This document shows positions 28,886-38,502 of a stretch of 64,000 nt of DNA, piece after piece. The notes below the pieces were generated by a model that did not search any database, had not been told where the DNA came from, and saw only the letters and a list, made by a program, of their open reading frames with translations. Position numbers and translations under genes: made by a program. Positions within the stretch are counted from its first letter, which is position 1, and each line of letters begins with the position of its first letter. This DNA is from an uncultured Sphingomonadaceae bacterium (GTDB lineage: Bacteria; Pseudomonadota; Alphaproteobacteria; Sphingomonadales; Sphingomonadaceae), in assembly GCA_903871605.1 (NCBI GenBank), contig CAIQHF010000043.1:34721-98720 (forward strand), written 5' to 3'.

Positions 28886-29563
28886 ATGAGACGACATGCC
28901 GGCACCATCGCCTATCGCGGCGAACAGGGGATTTGCGGCCGCGAGGTCTTCGCGATCGACGTCCGGGCCGACGGCCGCACGATCCGCTCCTATTGCGAGA
29001 TGGACGAGGGCGATCTGACCCGCGATGCGAGCTGGACGCTGGCCCCCGACGGATCGCCCGTCGAGGGCCATGTCCGCGTCACCAACGGCGGAGCGCTGGT
29101 CGGCAGCAGCTGGTTCCGCTGCACCGAGACCGAGACCGAATGCGAGAGCCTGATCGCGCACATGGGTCGGGTCTCGCAGCGCCTGCCGGGGCGCCGCAGC
29201 TATCTCGGCCTGCACCCCCTCGTCGGCGACGGCATGATCGCGCTGGCGCGTGGCCGCGAGGCGCCGGGCGAGCAGCGGGTGATCGACAGCGTCACCTGCT
29301 CCTACGACATCAAGGGCGAGACAAGCCTCGTCGCGCTGCCGATCGCGATCGGCGTCACCTATGTCGGCGAAACCGAGATCGAGGTGGCCGCAGGCCGCTT
29401 CGCCGCCGATCACTATCTTCTCCATTGGCAGCCCCATTGGCCTCCCGCCGAGCTCCATGTGCACGGCGAAGATGCCATCTTCCTACGGCTGCAATGGGAG
29501 ATATCGAGACGCACCTATGAACTGACGTCGCTGCACAGCGGCCCGACCAGCCTCACGGCCTGA
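28886..29563 (+). CDS. Hypothetical protein (225 aa), paralogue of 13925-14638
   Basis: GGGAG RBS; GETEIEVAAGRF..HY motif; C-terminal TYEL. Confidence 0.78.
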   Translation: MRRHAGTIAYRGEQGICGREVFAIDVRADGRTIRSYCEMDEGDLTRDASWTLAPDGSPVEGHVRVTNGGALVGSSWFRCTETETECESLIAHMGRVSQRLPGRRSYLGLHPLVGDGMIALARGREAPGEQRVIDSVTCSYDIKGETSLVALPIAIGVTYVGETEIEVAAGRFAADHYLLHWQPHWPPAELHVHGEDAIFLRLQWEISRRTYELTSLHSGPTSLTA

Positions 29564-29577
29564 CCCAAGGACGACGC

Positions 29578-30075
29578 ATGCCCCTGCCCCATGTCTCTTC
29601 GTTGATCCGCGCCTCGATCTTCGTCCGCGATATCGAGCGTGCCGCGGCCTTCTATGCGCTGCTCGGCTTCACCGACGTCTATTATGAGGGAAAGCTCGAC
29701 AACCCGTCGGCCTCCTCGGTGATCGGACTGACGCTCCACCGCCCCTATCGCGTCAAGATCGTCAAGCAGCCCGGACCCAATCACGGCATGATCGGGCTGT
29801 TCGAGCTCGATCCCGAGGCCGCGCCCGAGGCGCTGCCCGCGCCGGCCGGCCCTGCCCGTCGTGGCGAGGTCGCGCTGGTCTTCTACGTCCGCTCGATGAC
29901 CGACACGCTCGCTGCACTCCGCGCGGCCGGGGCGACCTGGTCGCCCGACCCCGAATTGTTCACCATGGCGCATCGTTCGCAATTCGAGGTCTGTCTGCGC
30001 GATTGCGACGGCGTGTTCATCAACCTCGTCGAGACCGATCCGGCCGAGCAGCACCGAACCGAACGCGAAGGCTGA
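29578..30075 (+). CDS. VOC/glyoxalase-family protein
   Basis: IFVRDIERAAAFY..LLG, LRDCDGVFINLVE. Confidence 0.8.
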   Translation: MPLPHVSSLIRASIFVRDIERAAAFYALLGFTDVYYEGKLDNPSASSVIGLTLHRPYRVKIVKQPGPNHGMIGLFELDPEAAPEALPAPAGPARRGEVALVFYVRSMTDTLAALRAAGATWSPDPELFTMAHRSQFEVCLRDCDGVFINLVETDPAEQHRTEREG

Positions 30076-30266
30076 ACCGCGCCGACCGGGCGGGTTTCAG
30101 CGGGACGGCCCCGCTCCGTACATCCCGCGCATACCGACGCCGCGAAATGGCACGCGCGCTGAAGCGGCTCTGAAGCGCGGACAGGAGCTGAACCTCTGTC
30201 GATCCACCGCGGTCGGATGCGACGCACATCGCATCGTTCGCGCCTCGAACCGCAACCGCATCGCGC

Positions 30267-31619
30267 TCACGCGAGCGGCGTTTCGCGGTAACGCAGGCTG
30301 AGCAACGCCAATGCGGCGCAAAGGGTGCCGCAGCCCATTGCGGCTGCCACCCACTGGACCGACAATCCGTGCGCGAAGAGAAGACCCGCCACGATCGGAC
30401 CCAATGCGGCGCCGCCACGGCCTATCCCGATGACGATCCCGGTCCCGCCCGCGCGGAGATGCGCGGGGAAGGATTGTGCGATCACGGCGTAAAGACCCGC
30501 CGTGGCACCGTTGGTGAAGAAGCCGGCCACGGCCGCGGCAATCGACAGAAACAGCACGCTGCTCCCGCTTTGGCCAAATAGGCCCACTGCGACCGCGCCC
30601 GCGATCATCGCCCCGATCACCAGCGCTCGCACCCCGAGACGCTGGGTGAGCAGGCTCAGCGTCACCGCCCCCGACGCACCGCCGACATTCGCCCAGACCA
30701 GCACCGAACCGGCCGCCGATGGCGACGATCCCATGTCCACGACGATCTTCGGGATCCATTTCATCAGGAAATAGAAGGTCAGCATGTGGGCGGAATAGGC
30801 GCCGACCAGCACGAGCGTCACCCCGGCCATGCCCGGCGCGAACGCCTGCCCGAGCCCGACGCGGCGTACCGTCGCCTGCTTCGCGGGCAGCGCCGCGAGC
30901 GGCGCCCTGCCCTGCAGCGTCAGGGTGCGATTGATCCTTTGCAGCGCGTCGGCCGGCTGGCGATAGCAGAGGAAGGCGATCGTCTCGGGCACGCGCCACA
31001 GCACGAGCGGGATGAACATTGTCGTCACCAGCGCACCGAACAGGAAGATCGACTGCCAATGACCCGTCGCCGCCAGCAGCGTCGACGCGATAATGCCGCC
31101 GACGACCGCCCCCATGGGATAGCCGCCGGCCATGATCGCGACGGAGAGGTTGCGGCGTTTCGCGTTCGAGCATTCCGCGACGATCGCATTCGTGCAGGCG
31201 AGCATCCCGCCGATACCGAGCCCGGTGTAGAGCCGCAACAGCGACAGCACGAAAACCCCCGGCGCTACGGACGCGAGCGCCATGCCGCTTGCCATGATGG
31301 CGAGGCAGGCGAGGATCGTCGGGCGGCGCCCGAGCCGATCGGCGAGCGCGCCGAGCGCGAAGGCGCCGAGCGCCATGCCGATCAATTCCATCGACAGCAC
31401 GACGCCGAGCGCCGCCTTCTGGACCCCCCATTGCGCGGCTATGCCGGGCGAGGCGAAGCTGATCGACAGCACGTCAAACCCGTCGAGCGCATTGAGCGCG
31501 GTCGCGATCGCGATGGCGAGCAGCTGGCGACGGTGCATGGGCTCGCGCGCGATGATGGCGCGGGGATCCTCGTTCACGCCGTCATCCTCTCCGACCCGCC
31601 GGGTCGCGTCCATGGTCAC
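30267..31619 (-). CDS. Aromatic acid:H+ symporter family MFS transporter (likely gallate uptake)
   Basis: ALDGFD, GALADRLGRRP, ECSNAKRRN; GTGA overlap with the dioxygenase gene. Confidence 0.88.
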   Translation of the reverse strand: MTMDATRRVGEDDGVNEDPRAIIAREPMHRRQLLAIAIATALNALDGFDVLSISFASPGIAAQWGVQKAALGVVLSMELIGMALGAFALGALADRLGRRPTILACLAIMASGMALASVAPGVFVLSLLRLYTGLGIGGMLACTNAIVAECSNAKRRNLSVAIMAGGYPMGAVVGGIIASTLLAATGHWQSIFLFGALVTTMFIPLVLWRVPETIAFLCYRQPADALQRINRTLTLQGRAPLAALPAKQATVRRVGLGQAFAPGMAGVTLVLVGAYSAHMLTFYFLMKWIPKIVVDMGSSPSAAGSVLVWANVGGASGAVTLSLLTQRLGVRALVIGAMIAGAVAVGLFGQSGSSVLFLSIAAAVAGFFTNGATAGLYAVIAQSFPAHLRAGGTGIVIGIGRGGAALGPIVAGLLFAHGLSVQWVAAAMGCGTLCAALALLSLRYRETPLA

Positions 31620-32872
31620 GCCTCGTCGCCGCTCTTCAGGCTGCTACCGACCGAATAGAGCGCGCCGGGAGCATTGCGGCTCGCCTGGAACTGTTCGAGT
31701 GTCTCGCCGCGCATCCCCGCATAAACCGCGGCATTGGGAAGTCCGAGCACGGCTGCAAGCTTCTCGAGCCCGAAGAAGATCGCGCCCTTTTCGATGAGCC
31801 CCGTCCAGTCGCGCGTGCGGATGAGATGCTGGTCGGACGCGTCGAGCCCGGAGGCGGCGAGGCTCGCCTCTTCATCGGCGAGGAATGCGGCGCGATGCCC
31901 GGGCTCGATCATCTGCTGGAGATAGCGATTGAGATCATAGTTTTGCACGCTCACGTCGAGCGTGAAGGGATGGCTGGCGGGCAATTGCAGGACATCCGGG
32001 TCGAGCTGGTCAAGCGGCTTGAGGCCCTCGACGCCGGCGCGGTTTTCGAGCAGCAGCGTTGCGATCCCGGTCATCGAAGGCAGATAATAATCGCGCGAGA
32101 GCACTTCGGGCCGCGCCGACAGCGCGCCGCGCATGATCAGCCACATCACGACCTCCGAGCTTTCCCAGCCGCCGCGCATCGCGAGTTCGGCCTGCCCCAT
32201 CCGCGCGAGCGTCTCCGGATCGTCGACGAGCAGGTCGACGAACTGCCGATCCCATGTCGGGTCGTTGAACCCCGCGCGCCTGCCGTGCACCTGGTGGGAG
32301 AGACCGCCGGTCGCGATGATCACGACCGACAGATCCTCGGCATAGCTCTCGATCGCCCGCCTGAGCGCCTGCCCGAGTTTCCAGCAGCGCCGCGCGGAGG
32401 GAACCGGATTCTGCAGAACCCCCACCGCGAGCGGGATCAGCGCGACCGGCCAGCCGTCGCGATGTTCGTAGAGCAGGCTCATCGGCGAGAAGCAGCCATG
32501 ATCGAGCGGTCGACGCTGGAACAGCGACATGTCGAACTCGTCGGCGACCAGCTGCTCCGCGATATGCCGTGCCAGACCGGGGTGCCCGGCCATCGTCGGG
32601 ATCGCGCGCGCGCCGCCGCCTTCGTCCGCCACGTCGTGCGACGCGCCGATGCCGAGCGCGAAGACCGAATAATGGTCGAAGAAGAAGGATGTGACGTGAT
32701 CATTGTAGATCACGAAGGCGACGTCGGGCTTCTTCTCGGCCAGCCATGACTTGAGCGGCGCATAGGCCTCGAAGATCGGCGCCCAGGCTGGATCCTCATG
32801 CTTGCCGGCATCGAGCGCGAAACCGATGGTCGGGGTGTGGGAGGTGCCGATGCCACCTATGATGCGTGCCAT
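31616..32872 (-). CDS. desB: Gallate dioxygenase (LigB-type domain fused to C-terminal LigA-like domain)
   Basis: MARIIGGIGTSHTPTIGFA, YNDH, GGLSHQVHG, SEVVMWLIMRGAL, C-terminal FFGLEKLAA; 418 aa. Confidence 0.9.
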   Translation of the reverse strand: MARIIGGIGTSHTPTIGFALDAGKHEDPAWAPIFEAYAPLKSWLAEKKPDVAFVIYNDHVTSFFFDHYSVFALGIGASHDVADEGGGARAIPTMAGHPGLARHIAEQLVADEFDMSLFQRRPLDHGCFSPMSLLYEHRDGWPVALIPLAVGVLQNPVPSARRCWKLGQALRRAIESYAEDLSVVIIATGGLSHQVHGRRAGFNDPTWDRQFVDLLVDDPETLARMGQAELAMRGGWESSEVVMWLIMRGALSARPEVLSRDYYLPSMTGIATLLLENRAGVEGLKPLDQLDPDVLQLPASHPFTLDVSVQNYDLNRYLQQMIEPGHRAAFLADEEASLAASGLDASDQHLIRTRDWTGLIEKGAIFFGLEKLAAVLGLPNAAVYAGMRGETLEQFQASRNAPGALYSVGSSLKSGDEA

Positions 32873-33119
32873 GGGCGATGATCCTGATGCGAGTTGGTGG
32901 GAGACTTGCCGGCAAAGCCAGCCTCGAGAAAGCGAACGACCATGGCGGGGTTTGCCGGTTTGTCGAACACGCGATCGATATGATGCGCATCGGGAATGAT
33001 ATCCAGATGGACGGCCTTGTGGACGCGGCCGCCGCGATGCGCCGGACCAGGCGGCCTCGGGTTTGTCTCCGGCCTCCCTTGCATGGCCCGTCGCATGGCG
33101 GTGCCGCGTCTCGCCAAGC

Positions 33120-35555
33120 TCAGAACTTCACGCCAAGCCGGACGCCGAAATAGCGCGGCGTCGATACGCCGTAGGCGACCGAATTCTCGGGGAAAGCCGA
33201 ACCCGGCACTTCCGGCGTCGCCTGGCCGCCGGTGAAGCCGCCATAGGCGCCGTTATAGCCGCCGGGGCCCGATGTCCTCTGCAGCTTGTTCTCGATGTTC
33301 TCGACAAACAGCTGGATCGTGTAGCGGTCTTCGGGCGCGGCGTAGGTCAGGCTCGCATCGGTCCGCGTGAAGCTCTTCTGCTTATATTCGACGGCGTTCG
33401 CGAAGTCGGTGAGCAAATAGCTCGAACTGAGCTTGGTCGCCGCGCGCAGGCGGAGCTCCGCCCCGTTCCCCAGGTCGATCGCGTGCGTCGCGGAGAGATT
33501 GGCGACGAAGTGCGGCGCGTTGGGCAATTGGTGTCCCGCGAAGTTCGCGAAGGCGCCGGTCAGATAGCCGAGGAAGCCCGTCTCGAGCGCGACGATCTTC
33601 GAATGCTCGTAGGCGAGCGACGCATTCAACATGGTGGAACGCCCGAGCTGATAATGGACCTCGCCCTCCACGCCGTAGATCTTGACCGGCGCCAATTGGG
33701 TGAAGAGCACGCCGACGACGCCGGCGGACGTCGGAAACAGCGTCAGTCCGTTGATCTGATCCTTCGAGTAATCATAATAATAGGCGTCGGCCGTGACGGT
33801 CAGGTTCTTGAGAGGGCGGCCCTTATAGCCGATTTCATAGGCGGTGAGGGACTCGGGGCCGTAGGGCGCCGTGGTCCCCGTCCGCGGGTCGAAATCGTTG
33901 AAACCGCCCGCCTTGAAGCCGCTCGAGACCGAGGCATAGAAGAGATCGCGCGGGGTCGCCTGGAAATTGATCCCGGCCTTGTAGGTGATCTTGTGGTCGG
34001 TCTCGTAGCCGTTGTTGGGGCCACCCACGCAATTGTTCGGGTAAAAGCATCCGGGCACGGCGCCGACCGAGAAGGTGCCCGCCCGCGTGCTCTGGTCATG
34101 CGTGTAGCGGACGCCGCCGATGATCGCGAATTTTTCGATCGGATGAAGAGTGATCTGCCCGAAGATGCCGTAGGACTTGTGCTCGGTCGTGTTGATCGGG
34201 TCGATGTCGTTGATCCACGCCGACGTGTCGCTGAGCCCGCCCGTCGCCGAGAGCGGCGCCAGCCAATTATGATCGCTTTCGTGGATTTTCTCGTGATAAT
34301 AATTGGCGCCCGCGACATATTCGAACAAGCCCGGGTTGACGTTCGACAAGCGCGCCTCGAACTGGGTGGTGTCGAACACGCCATTATATTGATCGAGATA
34401 GAAGGATCCCGCGGCGGTCGGGGTTCCGGTATCGAACGGGTTGCCGTTGGTGGTCTGCTGGCTGTGGTCCTTGAAATGCTGCTCGCTCCCGAGGACGTCG
34501 AGCTGAACGTTGCCCAGTTTCCAATTGGCCTGCTCGTTGAAATTCCGGAAATTCTCGCGAACGTAGGACGGCACGAGATTGGGCAGGATATCCAACGGAT
34601 TGCCGCGATCGAAGGCGTCCGCGGTGACCGTGCCGGTCCCCACGCCACCGATATGGCCGACCGTCGCGATCACGGTCGCGGTGAAACTGTCCGACGGCTT
34701 GAACAGCAGCGACGCGCGACCTGTCGCATCCTTCTGGTCGTTCTTGGCGGGCAATCCGGCCGCGCTGAGCCGCGCGCTGCTCGGGCCCGCGCCGTTGTTC
34801 GCGAGGGGCGAGCCGCTGACGGTCGTGTCGACCGGCCTGAGGTAGCCGTCGCGATCGTTGAAGCTGCCCGCGAAGCGGACCGCGAACATATCGCCGAGCG
34901 GCACGTTTACCGCCCCCTCGGCCCGCTTCGTGTCGTAATTGCCATATTCGACCTTGGCGTAGCCGCCCGTCTCGCCCAGCACGGGCTTCTTGGTGATGAT
35001 GTTGATGGCGCCGCCGGTCGAACTCCGGCCATAGAGCGTGCCCTGCGGACCCTTGAGGACCTCGACGCGCTCGAGATCGAAGAACGCCACGCCCTCTTCC
35101 TGCCCGCGCCCGACGAAGGCACCGTCGATGTTGAACGCGATGCCGAGCTCGCCCTTGCTGGTCTGGTCCGTCGACGTGACGCCGCGGATGCTCACATTGG
35201 TGCCGAACGAGCCGGCGCCGATGTTGACGCCCGCAACGAGGTTCTGGATATCGTTGACCGTGTTCACGCCGACCGTCTTGAGGTCGTTGCCGTTGAGCAC
35301 GGATATCGTTGCGGGAACCTTCAATACGCTCTCGGAGCGGCGCAGCGCGGTCACGATGATGTCTCCCGGCTGCTGCGCACTGCTGTCGGAGAGCGGGGCG
35401 GCGGGAGTCGTCGCAGTCGTATCGGTCGGCGCGGGTACGGACGTCATGGTCTGGGGTGCCGCCGCCTGCTGATCCTGCGCCGTCGCCGCCGTGCCGAGGC
35501 CGATCGCGATGGCGATGGCGGACGCACACGACGGGTTGAGTCCGGAGCTCTTCAT
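33120..35555 (-). CDS. TonB-dependent receptor
   Basis: Signal peptide, IIVTALRRSE plug, VEVLKGPQGTLYG, C-terminal Phe; GGGGAGG RBS. Confidence 0.95.
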   Translation of the reverse strand: MKSSGLNPSCASAIAIAIGLGTAATAQDQQAAAPQTMTSVPAPTDTTATTPAAPLSDSSAQQPGDIIVTALRRSESVLKVPATISVLNGNDLKTVGVNTVNDIQNLVAGVNIGAGSFGTNVSIRGVTSTDQTSKGELGIAFNIDGAFVGRGQEEGVAFFDLERVEVLKGPQGTLYGRSSTGGAINIITKKPVLGETGGYAKVEYGNYDTKRAEGAVNVPLGDMFAVRFAGSFNDRDGYLRPVDTTVSGSPLANNGAGPSSARLSAAGLPAKNDQKDATGRASLLFKPSDSFTATVIATVGHIGGVGTGTVTADAFDRGNPLDILPNLVPSYVRENFRNFNEQANWKLGNVQLDVLGSEQHFKDHSQQTTNGNPFDTGTPTAAGSFYLDQYNGVFDTTQFEARLSNVNPGLFEYVAGANYYHEKIHESDHNWLAPLSATGGLSDTSAWINDIDPINTTEHKSYGIFGQITLHPIEKFAIIGGVRYTHDQSTRAGTFSVGAVPGCFYPNNCVGGPNNGYETDHKITYKAGINFQATPRDLFYASVSSGFKAGGFNDFDPRTGTTAPYGPESLTAYEIGYKGRPLKNLTVTADAYYYDYSKDQINGLTLFPTSAGVVGVLFTQLAPVKIYGVEGEVHYQLGRSTMLNASLAYEHSKIVALETGFLGYLTGAFANFAGHQLPNAPHFVANLSATHAIDLGNGAELRLRAATKLSSSYLLTDFANAVEYKQKSFTRTDASLTYAAPEDRYTIQLFVENIENKLQRTSGPGGYNGAYGGFTGGQATPEVPGSAFPENSVAYGVSTPRYFGVRLGVKF

Positions 35556-35570
35556 AAATCCTCCCCTTGT

Positions 35571-35610
35571 CTCGGCAGTGATGACGGACCTTTGCGGTCT
35601 CTCTGCCGAG
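35571..35610 (-). promoter_or_regulatory. Leader hairpin upstream of the TonB receptor RBS
   Basis: 8-bp CTCGGCAG/CTGCCGAG stem enclosing GACC-GCAAA-GGTC. Confidence 0.4.
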
Positions 35611-35645
35611 TTGCCCTCTTTTGCGCACAAGCATAAAGCGAGTGA

Positions 35646-36614
35646 ATGGCTAAAACTGAAATTCGTATGGACTTTTCGCATCAGGCGCCCGCGCAGATCG
35701 GCAGCGTCAGCGCAGCGGAAGTGCCCCGATATATTCTCTATGGCGACGCGAGCGCGCGCCCGGACTGGTTCGTCAATGTCGAACTATTGGATCAGCGTTG
35801 CCGCGAGCGCGGCTGGATGATCGCGCCGCACACGCATCCGCGCTTCATGCAGATCATCATCTGCGAGATCGGCGGCGGCGACATGTCGATCGAAGGCGCG
35901 ACGATTCCGTTCGGTCCGGCAAGTATCCTCGTGATCCCGCCCCATCGTATTCATGGATTTCACTATGCAGATGCGACGGTCGGCTGGGTGTTGACCATCG
36001 AGAACAACTATCTCGCCGACCTGCTCGTCCGGGCGCCCGCGCTCAAGACCGTGCTCGAGATTCCCGGCGTGTTCGACGTCGATCCTGCGATCATCCCGGC
36101 CATTGGCGAACAGGTCGCGGGACTTGCCGAAGAACTGGGCGAGATGAGAGCGGGCAACGCGATCGGCGCCGAGATCAGGCTGTTGTCGGTATTGCTTCTG
36201 CTGCTGCGGAACTGGCCACAGGCCGACCAGCAGCGCAAGACATCTGCCGACAGCCGCTCCGATCTCGTCGGACGATACAAGGAATTGGTCGAGCGACGCT
36301 ATCGCGAGCAACCCGCTCTGCCGGCGGTGGCGGACGAGCTGGGGGTGAGCGTGTCTCAGCTTCGCCTCGCCTGCAAGACGATTGCGGGTATCTCGCCGCT
36401 CGAGATGATGCACGATCGCATCCTTGCGGAGGCCAAACGGTGTCTCATCTACACGACGATGAGCGTCACCGAGATCGCGGATTGGGTGGGCTTTGCCGAC
36501 GGCGCCTATTTCTCCCGCTTCTTCCGCAAGGCATCGGGTCAGGCGCCGACAGATTATCGGCGCAGGCAGGACTTCAGCGGCGATGCGCTGAGATCGCCCG
36601 AGACGGCCCCGTAG
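35646..36614 (+). CDS. AraC-family regulator (PobR-like cupin + HTH)
   Basis: HTHPRFMQI cupin, GFADGAYFSRFFRKASG; divergent from the receptor; start may be 35667. Confidence 0.92.
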   Translation: MAKTEIRMDFSHQAPAQIGSVSAAEVPRYILYGDASARPDWFVNVELLDQRCRERGWMIAPHTHPRFMQIIICEIGGGDMSIEGATIPFGPASILVIPPHRIHGFHYADATVGWVLTIENNYLADLLVRAPALKTVLEIPGVFDVDPAIIPAIGEQVAGLAEELGEMRAGNAIGAEIRLLSVLLLLLRNWPQADQQRKTSADSRSDLVGRYKELVERRYREQPALPAVADELGVSVSQLRLACKTIAGISPLEMMHDRILAEAKRCLIYTTMSVTEIADWVGFADGAYFSRFFRKASGQAPTDYRRRQDFSGDALRSPETAP

Positions 36615-36617
36615 CAA

Positions 36618-36648
36618 GAGGGCCGAGCCTTTTGCGGGCCCGGCCCTC
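36618..36648. terminator. GC-rich hairpin between convergent genes
   Basis: GAGGGCCG...CGGCCCTC stem between araC and tannase stop codons. Confidence 0.5.
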
Positions 36649-36655
36649 GCCCCCG

Positions 36656-38476
36656 TCAATCGATCACCCCGGCATAGGGTTTGTAGAAGTTCGAGCCCGC
36701 CCACGCCGGGACGTCGACGGGCATGGCGCGGCCTTCGCGCCAGTTCGCCGCCGCATTCGGATCGCCATGCCCGGAATAGGTCGCGATCGCCGGATAGGGA
36801 TAGACCGGACGGCTCCGCGCAGGGCCTGTCGGTTCGGGGGGCATGCCCGGCGGCGGCCCAAAGGCATGCGGGGGCTGCCCGTCCTTCGGGCCTTCCCCGG
36901 GGGCGGGCATGCCCTTGCGCGGCGGTCCACCGGGTCCGTGAGGATCGCCACCGGGCAGGCCGAACATGCTGGTCTTGTCGGGCGTGTGCGTGACGATGCC
37001 GTCGGGCGCCGTTCCGCGCTCGACCCAGGCCATGACGGGCGTGAGCAGATCGAAGGCGCTCGGGCCTTCGCCCCCCGAACAATGGCCCATGCCCGGCATC
37101 AGGTAGAGGCGCTCGAACGCCTCGGCCCGCGCCACACCCATCTGCGCCCGCACCGCGTCGTGATAGGCGATCGTGTTGAGCGGCGAGATATGTGGATCGG
37201 CCCAGCCGTGGAAAAGGATGAGCTTGCCGCCCCGCCCGGCAAATCGCGAAAGATCGGGATTGGTCGAATCGAACAGCGCGTAGCGCTCGGCGAGCCGGTC
37301 GAACGTCGCCTGATCGAACGACACGGTGTCGACGCTGGCGGGCCGGCCGTCGGCGAAGATCAGATTGGCCATCGATCCGTTGGCGATCATCGAGCTGAAG
37401 ATCGGCTGGTCGGGTGCGCTGGGCACATAGACGCCCGCCCACTGGAGTTCGGAGCCGAACTGCGGCCCTCCCGCGGTCAGACGCGCACCGGTCTTCGCAT
37501 CGCGCGGTCCGTCGTAGAAGCGGCGGGCGACATTTGCCTCCTGCCGGGTGAGGCAGGTCGCCGGGTCCTGGTTGGCGCGGCACACCGTCGTCATCGGATC
37601 GAAGCGGCACTGGCCGGGTGCCGAGATCAACCCGTCGATCCGCCCGTCGAGCCCGTCGCACGCCTTGAGCACCGCGGCATGCAGGATCGGCAGGCGCGAC
37701 GCGAGCAGGATCGCCTTGCCGTCGGGGCCGGTATTCGATCGCGCCTGCCAGGCATGATAGAGGCTGTTCTGGACGACGAAGTTCATCGCCGGCGCGCCCG
37801 CGACGATGCCGTCGAAATCGTCCGGAAAGCGCTGGGCCTCGACGAGCGCCTCGCGCCCGCCATCCGAGCAGCCCGAGAAATAGGCATAGCGTTCGGGCCG
37901 TCCGTAATAGGCGCGGATCAACGCCTTGGCGGCGACCGCGGTCAGGTGGACGCCGCGATAGGCGAAATCGGCACGTTTCTGGGGATCGCGACCGAAGTCG
38001 CCGCCCATGCCTTCGTGACCCATGTCGGTGGAGGCGACGACGAAGCCGGTGCCATCGACGGTCGGGCAGCCGTCTGCGGCGCCGATGCGAAGGTTGAGAT
38101 TGCCGCAAAGCCCGCCGCATCCCACCTGCAGATAGCGCTGCGTCCACGTGGCCGTCGGCAGTTCGACGCGGAAGCGGATGGCGGGCGCGAGCGTGCCCTC
38201 GACCGCGCAGACGCTTCCCTTCTGGACGCCCCTGGTCTCGGCGGCGCTGCTGATCATGCTGCCCTCGCCGCCGATCCTGGTCAGATCGAGCTTTGCAAGA
38301 TCGGCGCAGGCACGCGCGGCCGGCAGCACCGGAAGCGGCTCGATCGCCGCGGCTCCGCTCGGCGGGGCGCTTCGCGCCTGCGGCTGAAACAGCAACAAGG
38401 CGCCAAGGCCGCACAGGCGGAGGACCATGGCGAGCCATCCTCGCTTGGCCCCTAATGTCGTCGTCGCGGTCACCAC
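36656..38476 (-). CDS. Exported tannase/feruloyl esterase family hydrolase
   Basis: GCGGLCG, FSGCSDGGRE nucleophile, HGWADP, GMGHCSGG (CS-D-HC motif), signal peptide; GTG start after GGGGAGG. Confidence 0.9.
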   Translation of the reverse strand: MVTATTTLGAKRGWLAMVLRLCGLGALLLFQPQARSAPPSGAAAIEPLPVLPAARACADLAKLDLTRIGGEGSMISSAAETRGVQKGSVCAVEGTLAPAIRFRVELPTATWTQRYLQVGCGGLCGNLNLRIGAADGCPTVDGTGFVVASTDMGHEGMGGDFGRDPQKRADFAYRGVHLTAVAAKALIRAYYGRPERYAYFSGCSDGGREALVEAQRFPDDFDGIVAGAPAMNFVVQNSLYHAWQARSNTGPDGKAILLASRLPILHAAVLKACDGLDGRIDGLISAPGQCRFDPMTTVCRANQDPATCLTRQEANVARRFYDGPRDAKTGARLTAGGPQFGSELQWAGVYVPSAPDQPIFSSMIANGSMANLIFADGRPASVDTVSFDQATFDRLAERYALFDSTNPDLSRFAGRGGKLILFHGWADPHISPLNTIAYHDAVRAQMGVARAEAFERLYLMPGMGHCSGGEGPSAFDLLTPVMAWVERGTAPDGIVTHTPDKTSMFGLPGGDPHGPGGPPRKGMPAPGEGPKDGQPPHAFGPPPGMPPEPTGPARSRPVYPYPAIATYSGHGDPNAAANWREGRAMPVDVPAWAGSNFYKPYAGVID

Positions 38477-38502
38477 GGATGGTCCTCCCCTTATTGTCTC
38501 GA

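Noticed and set aside
30075-30267. Short repeats and a hairpin (CTGAAGCG x2; GATGCGA/TCGCATC) as a CRISPR or REP array
   Set aside because: Only two short copies, no regular spacers and no cas genes; probably a terminator region
36656-38476. Calling the esterase a MHETase
   Set aside because: Same family and CS-D-HC motif, but the gallate-pathway context favours tannase, and there are no terephthalate genes in the window
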